The notes: a model not told the origin generated them from the letters alone. Counted from the first letter of the stretch, positions 26,479 through 36,335 are shown. The stretch is 64,000 bases of DNA from Candidatus Pacearchaeota archaeon (GCA_002688415.1 NZCX01000021.1:6660-70659); one strand, 5' to 3'. Numbers and translations are program-made.

Positions 26479-26781
26479 CTAATAATTTTGTGTGACATTG
26501 AGTATCTTAGTAACTTCTTCAGAATCTAATGAGACATCACTCAAAATTTTATTTAGTTCGCTCGCCTCTTTAGGAACAAAGTCAATTATCTTAACAATGT
26601 GAGATTCCTTTAATTTTAAAAGTTTAAGCTCTACAAGTTCTTCTTTTAGTTTCTTCGCTTTCTCAAACGGGAGAACATCAAAATTCTTAATAAAGTCCTT
26701 TATCTTCTCAGCTTTTTCATTGTCTCCGACAATAGAGTTAACTTCAGCCATACATATAGGTTTTTCTTCTTGTATTACCAT
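26479..26781 (-). CDS. rpoF: Probable RNA polymerase subunit F (Rpo4)
   Basis: 100-aa acidic helical protein in the conserved eL21-RpoF-COG1491 neighbourhood. The call rests on context more than on sequence. Confidence 0.4.
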   Translation of the reverse strand: MVIQEEKPICMAEVNSIVGDNEKAEKIKDFIKNFDVLPFEKAKKLKEELVELKLLKLKESHIVKIIDFVPKEASELNKILSDVSLDSEEVTKILNVTQNY

Positions 26782-26782
26782 T

Positions 26783-27031
26783 TTAAACTTTCTTTAAATG
26801 AACTGGATGAATTATAAATGTTTTCATCTTGTCCTTATCTTTTATTTCAACAATCTTAAAATTTCCTCGGGTGCCAGTAACCTTTCCAACCAATCCCTGT
26901 ATTCTACTTGGGAATGCAGCCCTAACGCCTTTCTCTGCGACAATAGCTACACGGTCACCATCTGATAAATTCTTAAAGTATTCACTAAGTCTAATCTTTC
27001 CTCTCTGTCTGACTGGTTTTTTCTTTCCCAT
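26783..27031 (-). CDS. rpl21e: Ribosomal protein eL21
   Basis: Start set at the internal Met (MGKKKPVRQRGKIRLSEYFKNLSDGDRVAIV...GKVTGTRGNFKIVEI). The 15-codon upstream extension of the longest ORF (to 27076) is probably untranslated. Confidence 0.75.
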   Translation of the reverse strand: MGKKKPVRQRGKIRLSEYFKNLSDGDRVAIVAEKGVRAAFPSRIQGLVGKVTGTRGNFKIVEIKDKDKMKTFIIHPVHLKKV

Positions 27032-27150
27032 TTTTTTAAAATAACAACAAGAATCATTCTCGCTGTCGATGATCACAACTCGGACAGATAAACTATCCTA
27101 TTAGATTTAGAAAATGACCCTTTAAAAATCTTTTCACTCCAGATAAGCAA

Positions 27151-27447
27151 CTAAATCTCTGTAAAACTCTGTGGAGGAAGCTCGCTAAGCTTTAAGCCTT
27201 CGAGGCTTTCACTATCTTCCCTGGGAATTTCGGTCTCAAATTCCATTGATTCCTCGGCGGGGATAGGCTCTTCACCTTCCCCAACCATACCAAGTTCCAG
27301 GTTGCCATTGCCTCTTTCCTTCTCCATATTGTCAACAATAGCATTAGCCATCTTCTCGCCCCAAACCTGATACATACATTTTTTACAAATGTCTACAACA
27401 GAGCCTTGATCGATCCCAGTAGAACAATAAATACAGTTTTTCACCAT
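27151..27447 (-). CDS. Small zinc-ribbon protein with acidic C-terminal tail, hypothetical
   Basis: CIYCS...CKKC zinc ribbon followed by an E/D-rich tail. Confidence 0.35.
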   Translation of the reverse strand: MVKNCIYCSTGIDQGSVVDICKKCMYQVWGEKMANAIVDNMEKERGNGNLELGMVGEGEEPIPAEESMEFETEIPREDSESLEGLKLSELPPQSFTEI

Positions 27448-27473
27448 CTTCTACATTTCCTGACAATATCACT

Positions 27474-27484
27474 TTTTAAATATT
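27474..27484 (+). promoter_or_regulatory. Candidate TATA box for pyrH
   Basis: tttttaaatat about 60 nt upstream of the ATG. Confidence 0.25.
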
Positions 27485-27545
27485 TGTGAGATTAAGAATA
27501 CGCTTTCGGCAAAACCATTAAAAACCTACATTCCTAGGAGATATT

Positions 27546-28226
27546 ATGCAAGAAAAATGGGTAATTAGTCTTGGGGGCAGTAGGATTGTTCAAGACGAGG
27601 TAGATTTAGAATTCCTCAAAGAATTCAGGAAGCTAATAAGTTCACACCCTTCAAAAAAATTTGTAGTTGTGACAGGCGGCGGAAAAACAGTAAGAACTTA
27701 TGTAAAAGCTATGCGAAAACTAGGCAAAACAACAAAACAACAATCAAAAGTAGGAATTGCTATAACAAGATTCCATGCGATATACCTAATGAAGCTTTTC
27801 GGGGAAAGTGCAAACTCAATTCTACCTAAGACCATGAAAAAAGTTGAGTCACAATTAAGGAAAAATCATGTAGTTTTTACAGGGGCACTTCGTTATGGGC
27901 CAAAACAAACAACGGATAGCGTCGGTGCAAAGTTGGCAAGTCACCTAGGGTGTTCTTTTATAAATCTTACAAATGTAAAGGGGCTTTATACTGCGAACCC
28001 AAAGACAAACAAGAATGCAAAATTCATTAAAAATATTTCATGGAAAGATTTCAACGGAAGAGCTCAAAAAATCAAGTATTCTGCGGGCCAACATTTTGTA
28101 CTAGATCAAACGGCGGCAAAAGTCATCCTTAAGAATAAAGTTACCACATATATTGTCGGATCCCTAAGAGAATTAGACAAAATAATTCGTAAGAAAAGCT
28201 TCAAGGGAACACTTATCAAAGGGTAA
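27546..28226 (+). CDS. pyrH: Uridylate (UMP) kinase, archaeal type
   Basis: 226 aa amino-acid-kinase fold: ISLGGS, VVVTGGGKTVR. Confidence 0.8.
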   Translation: MQEKWVISLGGSRIVQDEVDLEFLKEFRKLISSHPSKKFVVVTGGGKTVRTYVKAMRKLGKTTKQQSKVGIAITRFHAIYLMKLFGESANSILPKTMKKVESQLRKNHVVFTGALRYGPKQTTDSVGAKLASHLGCSFINLTNVKGLYTANPKTNKNAKFIKNISWKDFNGRAQKIKYSAGQHFVLDQTAAKVILKNKVTTYIVGSLRELDKIIRKKSFKGTLIKG

Positions 28227-28268
28227 AACCCAAAAGCTTAAAACCATTTCTCAGGTTAGTTTAACATT

Positions 28269-28349
28269 GCCCACATCGCATAATGGTATTGCACTGGTCT
28301 TGAAAACCAGACCCCTCGGGGTACCCAGGTTCGATTCCTGGTGTGGGCG
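28269..28349 (+). tRNA. tRNA-Ser (anticodon UGA)
   Basis: Acceptor GCCCACA/UGUGGGC, anticodon stem CUGGU/ACCAG with loop CUUGAAA (UGA), long variable arm ACCCCUCGGGGUAC, T-arm CCAGG-UUCGAUU-CCUGG. Confidence 0.85.
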
Positions 28350-28351
28350 TT

Positions 28352-29830
28352 CTACCCAAACTCAAAAACCTTTTCTTCCCAGAAATAATTCAATCCCTGC
28401 GCCAATTTCTCCTTACTATTAGAATATAATGTGACAACTTTCTCACCTTTTTTCATTCGACCTTTCTTCTTATGCAGATAGACCCCAGCCCCCTTATCGT
28501 CGGGAGATCCTAAAATCCTACCAAGCGTATTAATCTTTTTATTGTCCAGCCTTTTTAATTTTCCGCCAGACCATCCAACAATAACCTTCTCGTATTTTCC
28601 TTCGACAAGAGCGGAGATCCTCTTATCAAAATCCTCCTTTCCGTTTTGAGCATTTATAATATCCTTAAACTTCTCATAAGCAAGCCCATCTTTCAACGCC
28701 TTCTTAACCTTCTTCCCAGCTCCAGAAACACCATTAAGTTCCAATAGTGCAGTGGATAAAACAATAGCTTTTCTTTTCAAGTCTTTCGGGGCATCTTTTT
28801 CATTATTCAAAACCCTCAAAACGTCTTTCATCTCAAGAACAGGGCCGATCCCTCTTCCAATTGGCATACTCCCATTAGTTAAGACAACGCGAACATTCAA
28901 CCCGAATCTCTTGCCAACATGAGTAAATAATCTCTTTAATGCCTTAGCCTCTTTCTTCGTTCCAATTTTAGAGCCAGGGCCATAGGGCACATCAATTAAA
29001 ACGTTTTTAGACCCCATTGAAATTTTTTTAGACATAACAGAAGCAACAAGCTGAGATGGAATATCCAAACGAAGTAACTTCTCGACTCTAATTATTTCGC
29101 CATCTGAAGGAGACATCTTTATCTTTGAGTTCCAAATCATACATCCACCTTCTTTTTGGACAATTCTCTTCAAATCTTTTAGCTCAAGTTGGATCTTGGT
29201 TATAGTTTCCATAACATCCGCGGTTCCTGCGGCAGAGGTGATAGCTCTAGATGACGTCTTTGGCAAGGCAAGTCCCAAAGAGGCGCAAATTGGAACCACT
29301 AAGGGGGTGGTTCTATTCCCAGCCACACCACCAATAGAATGCTTATCGCTAATAACCTTTCTGCCAAAGCTAATTTTTTCTCCGGTGTCTATCATTGCCT
29401 TAGTTAGATAGTAAATCTCATTGTCATCCATACCATTAAGCTTCTGTCCCGAAATGAAGTAGGCAATCTCAGCTTCAGTCATATTGTGCTTCGTAATATC
29501 TTCAATAATTACTTTCATTTCTTCTTGATTTAGCTTTTCACCTTCAAATTTTTTCAAAATATATTTCTCAGATTTTCTTGGAGGGAGAATTGTAACATCA
29601 ATAGTGTCTCTAGCCTTTGTCTCAAGAGCCTTGCTAACCTCCTTTGATAAGCCGATAACACAATCACCTATCATACCTTCTGTGATATCAACAATAGCAG
29701 TAACGGTTTTTTTCTTTTTCAAAAGAACTCTATTCCCAACAAAAACTCCAAGTTTTTTTGCAGCCTTGATGTCAAGAAAGATAATTGGTTTCCCCGTAGA
29801 CCATTTAAGGTTCCTTACCTTTAGCTTCAT
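28352..29830 (-). CDS. deoA: AMP phosphorylase (archaeal DeoA-like nucleoside/nucleotide phosphorylase with N-terminal extra domain)
   Basis: 492 aa. HSIGGVAGNRTTPLVVPICASLGLALPKTSSRAITSAAGTADV is near-identical in pattern to characterised archaeal AMPpases. The N-terminal MKLKVRNLKW... domain is AMPpase-specific. Confidence 0.85.
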   Translation of the reverse strand: MKLKVRNLKWSTGKPIIFLDIKAAKKLGVFVGNRVLLKKKKTVTAIVDITEGMIGDCVIGLSKEVSKALETKARDTIDVTILPPRKSEKYILKKFEGEKLNQEEMKVIIEDITKHNMTEAEIAYFISGQKLNGMDDNEIYYLTKAMIDTGEKISFGRKVISDKHSIGGVAGNRTTPLVVPICASLGLALPKTSSRAITSAAGTADVMETITKIQLELKDLKRIVQKEGGCMIWNSKIKMSPSDGEIIRVEKLLRLDIPSQLVASVMSKKISMGSKNVLIDVPYGPGSKIGTKKEAKALKRLFTHVGKRFGLNVRVVLTNGSMPIGRGIGPVLEMKDVLRVLNNEKDAPKDLKRKAIVLSTALLELNGVSGAGKKVKKALKDGLAYEKFKDIINAQNGKEDFDKRISALVEGKYEKVIVGWSGGKLKRLDNKKINTLGRILGSPDDKGAGVYLHKKKGRMKKGEKVVTLYSNSKEKLAQGLNYFWEEKVFEFG

Positions 29831-30858
29831 TATTTTCTAGATAATTCGTTTAGTTTTCCCTTCTGGTAGAAATCAAGAACGATAAGAGCGTAAGCCAAGA
29901 TAAGAGGACCAAGGATTAAACCAAGTATTCCAAGGAAGTATAAACCACCAATCGTCCCAATCAAGCTCACGCCAAGAGGGAGGTCAGAAGATTTAGACAG
30001 CAAATAAGGCCTAATAAAATTATCCAGACTAGAAACAAAAACTCCACCATAGAAGAATAGGATTAAAGCAGACGTAATATCTCCGCTCAGCATAAGAATG
30101 ATAACCGTAGGGAACCAAACAAGCCAAGCACCAAGGACTGGGATTATAGAGACCAACATTGTTAAAACAGTTAGTGTTAAAACGTTTGAAACTCCCAAGA
30201 GCCACAGACCGATACCCAAAGCTAAACCTTGAACAGCCCCGATAAGAACCTGCCCAAGCATAATAGAATTAGTTATCCCCCTAAATTCTCTTTCAAACTT
30301 CTTTTCTGTTGCTTGAGAAAAAGGTGAGATTCGGGAAATATATTTCCCTATTTTCTCAGAATCTCTTATCGCAAAGAAAAATGTAAAAAAGAAAACAACA
30401 AGTTTCAATACAAGGTCAGGAATGTTAACAAGTATTCCAACAAACTGATTCATAAACTTTGTAACAACACTTCCAATCGCTGTATTAATCTGATATCCAG
30501 CCTTTGTGGCGATTTCCTCTTCTAAAAAGGAAGGAAGCCACGCACTAACCAGACTACCGAAATCAACACTCTGAAGATTGACATAAAGATCAAAAACTTG
30601 CCTAATAAGGAGTGGTGTAAAATACACTATTGGTACGGCAATAACGAGAGCAACAAGTAGCATCAAGATTATCGCAGAGAGATTTGGCATCTTAACACGT
30701 TTGTAGATCTTAACATAGAGTGGTCGGAATACATATGCGAGTAAAAAAGCAAAGATAATTGGTATAAAAATAGGCTGTAAAACTAAGAAGGCAAGCAAAA
30801 AGATACCAAGGATAACAACAATTACAAATAATCGATTAAGATTTATACCATCTCCCAT
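29830..30858 (-). CDS. Polytopic membrane protein, possibly AI-2E/UPF0118 family transporter
   Basis: 342 aa, about 8 TM. No decisive motif. Confidence 0.35.
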   Translation of the reverse strand: MGDGINLNRLFVIVVILGIFLLAFLVLQPIFIPIIFAFLLAYVFRPLYVKIYKRVKMPNLSAIILMLLVALVIAVPIVYFTPLLIRQVFDLYVNLQSVDFGSLVSAWLPSFLEEEIATKAGYQINTAIGSVVTKFMNQFVGILVNIPDLVLKLVVFFFTFFFAIRDSEKIGKYISRISPFSQATEKKFEREFRGITNSIMLGQVLIGAVQGLALGIGLWLLGVSNVLTLTVLTMLVSIIPVLGAWLVWFPTVIILMLSGDITSALILFFYGGVFVSSLDNFIRPYLLSKSSDLPLGVSLIGTIGGLYFLGILGLILGPLILAYALIVLDFYQKGKLNELSRK

Positions 30859-30934
30859 TCAGAATAAAGGCTTACCTCATTTATAAAGTTGACGAAGAGC
30901 AAAACTTATAAAGAGATTTTATTAAGGAAATACA

Positions 30935-31639
30935 ATGGTTATGAAAAAGATTTTTGAGGGAATTTCCGATGAAGAGATTCACAATGATTTTATGAAGTTT
31001 TCTAGAGGAGAATTTAAGAATAAGTATTTAGTAGAGGCAAAAAAGCAGGCTAGTAAAACAGCGATTAAAACTTCTGCTGAATTTACAAATAGCATTGAAA
31101 AAGTTTGCTTAAAAAACCTTAAAGGACCAACGCAGCTAAGGGGGGTAATTGTTTCAACTATGGATTTGTCTGAAGAATTAGGCTTGCCTATTATCAAAAA
31201 AAGTAATTTTCAAGGCGTCAGGAAGTTGCAAATAGATACAGAAGTTGAGCCACAGAAGATTTTAGATTTAATGGAAAAATATCCAAAGGTTTTCTTTGCT
31301 TTAAGTTTCAAAACTGATGAGATTGAATTAAAGGTAAAGCCAAAAGCCCCAAAATCTGGGAAGCCTGGGAAAAATAACGAAGAAGGGCCAAAAGTTGACT
31401 TTTGCACGCTAAAGACGAATAATTCTGAAATTATTAATGAGATTTTGTTTGATGTTTCAGATTTCAAAGAGTTGAAGATAAATCACACTATCAATATAAC
31501 AGATATTGTTTACCCAGACAACATGGAAGAACTTTCTCCAAAGGAAGTTAGAAAACAAGCCAAGAGAAAGGGAGTTGTTGTTAGGAATGCTGTTGTTGAT
31601 GGAGCAAATAAGGTTTCTGAGAAAGAGTTTGTAGCTTAG
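30935..31639 (+). CDS. Hypothetical protein
   Basis: 234-aa ORF with typical local codon usage; no motifs. Confidence 0.35.
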   Translation: MVMKKIFEGISDEEIHNDFMKFSRGEFKNKYLVEAKKQASKTAIKTSAEFTNSIEKVCLKNLKGPTQLRGVIVSTMDLSEELGLPIIKKSNFQGVRKLQIDTEVEPQKILDLMEKYPKVFFALSFKTDEIELKVKPKAPKSGKPGKNNEEGPKVDFCTLKTNNSEIINEILFDVSDFKELKINHTINITDIVYPDNMEELSPKEVRKQAKRKGVVVRNAVVDGANKVSEKEFVA

Positions 31640-31652
31640 GATCCAAAACACT

Positions 31653-31659
31653 TATAAAC
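31653..31659 (+). promoter_or_regulatory. Candidate BRE/TATA promoter of the r-protein operon
   Basis: aacacTTATAAAccc about 145 nt upstream of the uL3 ATG; the leader contains the hairpin GTTCAAAacttaactgTTTGAAC (31688-31710). Confidence 0.35.
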
Positions 31660-31803
31660 CCAAATCTCCCCAGAATTCTGTAGATGAGTTCAAAACTTAA
31701 CTGTTTGAACTTGGTAATTTTGGCTTTGGTTGAAGCTTAGATTCAAACGCAGCGTGATAACTGCTAAAGGATCAGACTATTAAATTAGTCGGAAGTACAA
31801 AAC

Positions 31804-32748
31804 ATGACAGACAACAACGGAATTAGATCAGGAAGCCTGCAATTCTATCCAAGAGTGAGGGCAAAGAAAGTTATCCCTAGTGTTAACTGGAGACCTATAA
31901 AGAAAGAAGGACAAGGAGTTCAAGGTTTTATAGGATATAAAGTTGGAATGGCATCTATTTTCGCAAAAGACAACACTGAAGATTCATTAACAAAAGGAAA
32001 ACGAATTACAATCCCAGTAACAATATTAGAATGCCCAAAAATGAAAATTTATTCTATCAGATTCTACAAAGACAAAAAAGCAAAAAAAGATTTGGTGATA
32101 TCAAACGACAAACTTCTAAAAAAGACATTAAAAACAACAAAAAACCTAAAACAATTGGCAGAAGAAACAGATTTCAACGATGTCCATGTTATAGTATATT
32201 CATTAGTTTCAACAACAGCAATTGGAAAGAAAAAGCCAGACATGATTGAATTAGCTTTATCCGGATCAAATGAGGAAAAACTAGCATGGATCAAAGAAAA
32301 TTCAACAAAAGAGATATCCATCAAAGATGTTTTTGAGAAAGGCTTGGTAGACATTAGAGCAGTAACAAAGGGTTACGGCTCTCAGGGACCTGTAAAAAGA
32401 TTTGGAATCTCATTAAAAGTTTCTAAAGCAGAAAAAGGTCAAAGAAGACCGGGTTCATTAGCTCCTTGGCATCCGGCAAGAGTAACTTTCAGAGCTCCAC
32501 AGATGGGCCAAACAGGATTTCATAACAGGGTATCATATAACAACTTAATTATAGAAACAGGAGACATAAAAGAAAAAGATATCAATCCATCAGAAGGATT
32601 CCACAGATACGGAAAGATAAAGACAGATTTCATAATTTTAGCAGGATCAATTCCAGGACCAAAGAAAAGAGGAATTGTATTAACAAGCCCACTTAGACCA
32701 ACAAAGAAACAACTAAAAAGAAGTTATGAGGTTCTTGAATTAAGATGA
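31804..32748 (+). CDS. rpl3: Ribosomal protein uL3
   Basis: 314 aa, archaeal uL3 N-terminus (RSGSLQFYPRVRAKK...). Confidence 0.9.
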   Translation: MTDNNGIRSGSLQFYPRVRAKKVIPSVNWRPIKKEGQGVQGFIGYKVGMASIFAKDNTEDSLTKGKRITIPVTILECPKMKIYSIRFYKDKKAKKDLVISNDKLLKKTLKTTKNLKQLAEETDFNDVHVIVYSLVSTTAIGKKKPDMIELALSGSNEEKLAWIKENSTKEISIKDVFEKGLVDIRAVTKGYGSQGPVKRFGISLKVSKAEKGQRRPGSLAPWHPARVTFRAPQMGQTGFHNRVSYNNLIIETGDIKEKDINPSEGFHRYGKIKTDFIILAGSIPGPKKRGIVLTSPLRPTKKQLKRSYEVLELR

Positions 32749-33530
32749 AAACAAAAATAATCGACAAGGCAGGAAAAGCAGGAAAAGAAATAGACTTACC
32801 TAAAAGTTTTTCTAAAAAAATAAGAACAGATATTTTGGCAAAAGTATTCGAGGCACAAAAAATGATCCAAGCACAACCATATGGTGCTATGAAAGGCGCA
32901 GGCGCAGGATATTCAGCTTCAGGTATTCTAAAACACAAAAGACACGATTGGAAATCCTCATATAATAAAGGTATCTCAAGAATTCCAAGAAAAATTATGT
33001 CTAGAAATGGAGCATCTTTCAATTGGATCGGAGCAACTGTTTCAAGCACAAGAGGGGGAAGAAGACCACACGCACCAAGACCAGAAAAGAACGTTTTCTT
33101 AAAAATCAACAAAAAAGAATTAAGATTGGCATTAGAATCTGCATTAACAGGAACAGTAGATAAAAAATCATTAACAAAGAAATACAATAAAGAAGTTGAA
33201 TCAGGAAAAGTTTTTGTCTCAGCTGTTTTAGATCTAAAAACAAAAGACTTCTTAAAATTACTTCAAAAAGTTTTAGGAGAAACATTCGCAATTGCATTAA
33301 AAAAGAAAAAGGTAAGATCGGGAATAGGAAAACTAAGAGGAAGAAAATACAAAAGGTCAGCAGGATTATTGTTCGTTATAGGAAAAGATGAATCCATGAA
33401 GAGAAAAGGAATTGAGGTAGTATCAGTTCCGGAATTGAAAATCTCAGATCTTGCACCGAATGGAGAACCAGGAAGAATCACATGTTATACAGAATCAGCA
33501 ATTAAAGAAATAGAGGAACAATTAAAATAA
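32745..33530 (+). CDS. rpl4: Ribosomal protein uL4
   Basis: 261 aa, operon position; 4-nt overlap with uL3. Confidence 0.9.
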   Translation: MKTKIIDKAGKAGKEIDLPKSFSKKIRTDILAKVFEAQKMIQAQPYGAMKGAGAGYSASGILKHKRHDWKSSYNKGISRIPRKIMSRNGASFNWIGATVSSTRGGRRPHAPRPEKNVFLKINKKELRLALESALTGTVDKKSLTKKYNKEVESGKVFVSAVLDLKTKDFLKLLQKVLGETFAIALKKKKVRSGIGKLRGRKYKRSAGLLFVIGKDESMKRKGIEVVSVPELKISDLAPNGEPGRITCYTESAIKEIEEQLK

Positions 33531-33531
33531 G

Positions 33532-33789
33532 ATGGAATCAAAAATAATCTTAGAAAAAATAAAAGCAACAGAAAAAATAGTAAGACAGATAGAAGTAGAT
33601 AACATTGTTGTCTTTGTGGTAGATAGAGCAGTAAATAAACTACAAATAAAAAAAGAAGTAGAAGATCTATTCAATGTTAAAGTTGCTAGTGTTCGGACAT
33701 CAACACAAAAGAACAAAAAGCAAGCATATGTAAAATTAAAACCAGAGTTTAGTGCAGGAGATCTTGCAACTAAGCTAGGAGTATTATAA
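33532..33789 (+). CDS. rpl23: Ribosomal protein uL23
   Basis: 85 aa, operon position. Confidence 0.85.
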   Translation: MESKIILEKIKATEKIVRQIEVDNIVVFVVDRAVNKLQIKKEVEDLFNVKVASVRTSTQKNKKQAYVKLKPEFSAGDLATKLGVL

Positions 33790-33791
33790 AG

Positions 33792-33959
33792 ATGGACAGA
33801 GTTTACCAAAGCAACAAAGAAACTGGCGAAACTACAGGGCATAGGACGGCATGGGAAGGACAGTATGAAGATAATGGCGTAAGAAGACCGGGCGAAACGA
33901 CAGAACTGGAAATTAAATATAGTACAGCAGGGATTTTCCCGGGGATTCCTTTAAATTAA
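33792..33959 (+). CDS. Small ORFan (55 aa) exactly filling the uL23/uL2 gap
   Basis: ATG 2 nt after the uL23 stop; stop 1 nt before the uL2 ATG. MDRVYQSNKETGETTGHRTAWEGQYEDNGVRRPGETTELEIKYSTAGIFPGIPLN: acidic and G/T-rich, unlike the Lys-rich neighbours. Absent from the supplied track because it is under 60 aa. Confidence 0.4.
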   Translation: MDRVYQSNKETGETTGHRTAWEGQYEDNGVRRPGETTELEIKYSTAGIFPGIPLN

Positions 33960-33960
33960 T

Positions 33961-34659
33961 ATGGGAAAGAGAATTATACAGCAGCGTAGAGGGCATGGAA
34001 GTTTAACTTACAGAGTCAGGAAAAAAGCAGGACTAGTTAGGCCAGGATATTTAACAAAATTAGAAGGAGAGTTTAAAGTCATCAAGTTAATTTCCTCTCC
34101 AGGACATTCTGTTCCAATAGCAAAGATAGCAAATAAAGAAGGTAAGATATTCTATAATTTCGCAGCAAATTTACTTTATGTAGGACAAAAAATAACAATT
34201 GGTGGGTCTTCAGTTGGAGACATAGCCAAAGTAGGAGACCTAAAGAATGGAACGACAGTATTCAATATAGAGAATCACCAATTAGACGGTGGGAAATTCA
34301 TTAGGGCCGGTGGAGCGTCAGGAACAATAATGAACACAGAAGGCGACAAAGTAACAATCCTTATGCCATCAAAGAAAGTTAAAAAATTCAATAAGAACTG
34401 CAGGGCAACTGTTGGAAGAGCAGCTGGACACGGAAGGGTGGAAAAGCCAATCCTAAAAGCAGGAAGAAAGTTCTACATTATGAAAGCAAAATCAAAGTTA
34501 TGGCCAAGAACAAGCGCAGTTGCAATGAATAAGATTGATCACCCATTTGGTTCCGGTCGAGGAAAGAGAGTAAAGAGTAAGATTGCTAAAAGAAACGCTG
34601 CACCAGGTAAGAAAGTAGGACACTTAAGACCGAGAAGAACAGGGAGGAAGAAAAGATAA
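33961..34659 (+). CDS. rpl2: Ribosomal protein uL2
   Basis: 232 aa, conserved uL2 blocks (GRNAAPGKKVGHLRPRRTGRKKR tail). Confidence 0.9.
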   Translation: MGKRIIQQRRGHGSLTYRVRKKAGLVRPGYLTKLEGEFKVIKLISSPGHSVPIAKIANKEGKIFYNFAANLLYVGQKITIGGSSVGDIAKVGDLKNGTTVFNIENHQLDGGKFIRAGGASGTIMNTEGDKVTILMPSKKVKKFNKNCRATVGRAAGHGRVEKPILKAGRKFYIMKAKSKLWPRTSAVAMNKIDHPFGSGRGKRVKSKIAKRNAAPGKKVGHLRPRRTGRKKR

Positions 34660-35063
34660 TGGCAGAAGAATTAGTTAAAAAAGATAAAGGAAAGTTCTAT
34701 AGGGGAATTGAGCTTGAAGAACTTAAGGAAATGAATATTCGGGAATTCGCGAAGCTAGCGAAGGCAAGATCAAGAAGATCAATCTTAAGAAACAGTGAGG
34801 AAATTGAAAAGTTCGTCTCAAAGTGCGAAAAGAACACAGAAAGAAAGAAGCCAATAAAAACACATAATAGAGCGCTAGTAATTGTCCCAAAGATGGTTGG
34901 AAAGCTTATCCAGATTCACAATGGAAAAGATTTTGTGAAAGTAGAAATACAATCAGAAATGCTAGGTCACAGGTTGGGAGAATTTTCTCAAACAAGAAAG
35001 ATTGCAAAACATACTTCAGCAGGAATTGGAGCAACTAAATCAACCCAGGCATTAAAGAAATAA
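34659..35063 (+). CDS. rps19: Ribosomal protein uS19
   Basis: 134 aa, operon position; HNGKDFVKVEI motif. Confidence 0.9.
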   Translation: MAEELVKKDKGKFYRGIELEELKEMNIREFAKLAKARSRRSILRNSEEIEKFVSKCEKNTERKKPIKTHNRALVIVPKMVGKLIQIHNGKDFVKVEIQSEMLGHRLGEFSQTRKIAKHTSAGIGATKSTQALKK

Positions 35064-35064
35064 A

Positions 35065-35613
35065 ATGGTAGAAGAAACTAAAACAAAAGTAGAAGAAAAA
35101 AAGAAGCAAGAGAAAAAACCAGAAGTGAAGCCAGAAACTACAAAGCCAGAGACTAAAGATAAACCAAAAGAGTTCAAGAAAGAAACAAAAAAAGAAACTC
35201 CGAAAAAAGATAAGGTAACAGCTAGAGGAGTCTCATTAAAAATCTCGCCTAAACAATCTTTTGCAATTTGTAAAATGATTAGAGGAAAAGAGCCAGAAAA
35301 AGCAATAAAGATGTTGGAAAACGTAATCAAGAAAAAGCAACCAGTCAAAATGCCAAACAGAGAAGTTGCACATCAAAGGGGAAAGGGAATAGCAGGAGCA
35401 AAATTCCCAAAGAATGCAGCAGAAGCATTTATTCCAGTAGTGGGACAATTAAAGGCTAACGCACAAGCATTAGGAGTAGAAAATCCAATCATATCAATTG
35501 CAATGGCAAACAAGGCAGGAAAAGTTTTCAGAAAGGGCGGAAAGCAAGCAAAAAGGACACATCTTTATCTTGAAGCAATCAGCAAAACTAAATTAGCAGA
35601 AAAGAAAAAATAA
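35065..35613 (+). CDS. rpl22: Ribosomal protein uL22 (with K/E-rich N-terminal extension)
   Basis: 182 aa, operon position. Confidence 0.85.
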   Translation: MVEETKTKVEEKKKQEKKPEVKPETTKPETKDKPKEFKKETKKETPKKDKVTARGVSLKISPKQSFAICKMIRGKEPEKAIKMLENVIKKKQPVKMPNREVAHQRGKGIAGAKFPKNAAEAFIPVVGQLKANAQALGVENPIISIAMANKAGKVFRKGGKQAKRTHLYLEAISKTKLAEKKK

Positions 35614-35614
35614 A

Positions 35615-36334
35615 ATGGAAGAAAAACAATTCGTAGGCGTAAGAAAAGATGAATACAACATCAAGCAGTTCGTAAAGAGAATGTTTGGAAAAGGAATCGT
35701 CTCAAAAGTAAAGATCGAGTATACTCCAGTAGGAGAAAAAATCATCGTTTCAACACATAAGCCAGGGTTTGTTATAGGTAAAAAAGGAGAAAAGATTGCA
35801 AGCCTAACAACATTCCTAAAGAAAAAATTCAAAATGGAAAATCCTCATGTAGATATAGAAGAGATAACACATCCAGAATTTGATGCACAAATTGTTGCAG
35901 ACGATCTTGCAGTAACCCTTGAAAGATTTGGTTCCATGAAATATAAATCAGCAAGCTATAGAGCATTATCAAGAATAAAGCAAAAAGGAGCACAGGGAGC
36001 AGAATTAAGAGTAACCGGCAAGCTACCGAGCGATAGGGCAAGGAGTTGGAGATTCTCTTTCGGATATTTAAAGAAAACAGGAGATGCAGCAAAAGCTGTC
36101 GACAGAGCAGAGGCTGTAGCCGAAACAAAGAAGGGAATTGTTGGGATAAAGGTAGCAATTCTTGCACCAAACGTTAAAATGGCAGATCAAATCGAAGTTA
36201 ATGAAGAACTCTTAGAAGAGATAAAGAAAAATGCTTCAACAGTCGAGGACGTTGAGGAGATTATCAAGAAAAAGAAAGTTGCAAAAAAGACAAGAAAGAA
36301 AACAACTAAAAAGGTAAAAAAGGACAAAGAATAA
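35615..36334 (+). CDS. rps3: Ribosomal protein uS3
   Basis: 239 aa, KH domain, operon position. Confidence 0.9.
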   Translation: MEEKQFVGVRKDEYNIKQFVKRMFGKGIVSKVKIEYTPVGEKIIVSTHKPGFVIGKKGEKIASLTTFLKKKFKMENPHVDIEEITHPEFDAQIVADDLAVTLERFGSMKYKSASYRALSRIKQKGAQGAELRVTGKLPSDRARSWRFSFGYLKKTGDAAKAVDRAEAVAETKKGIVGIKVAILAPNVKMADQIEVNEELLEEIKKNASTVEDVEEIIKKKKVAKKTRKKTTKKVKKDKE

Positions 36335-36335
36335 T

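Noticed and set aside
26783-27076. eL21 ORF as given (97 aa) with the MIIDSENDSCCYFKK extension
   Set aside because: The extension has no counterpart in eL21; the internal Met gives a standard-length protein.
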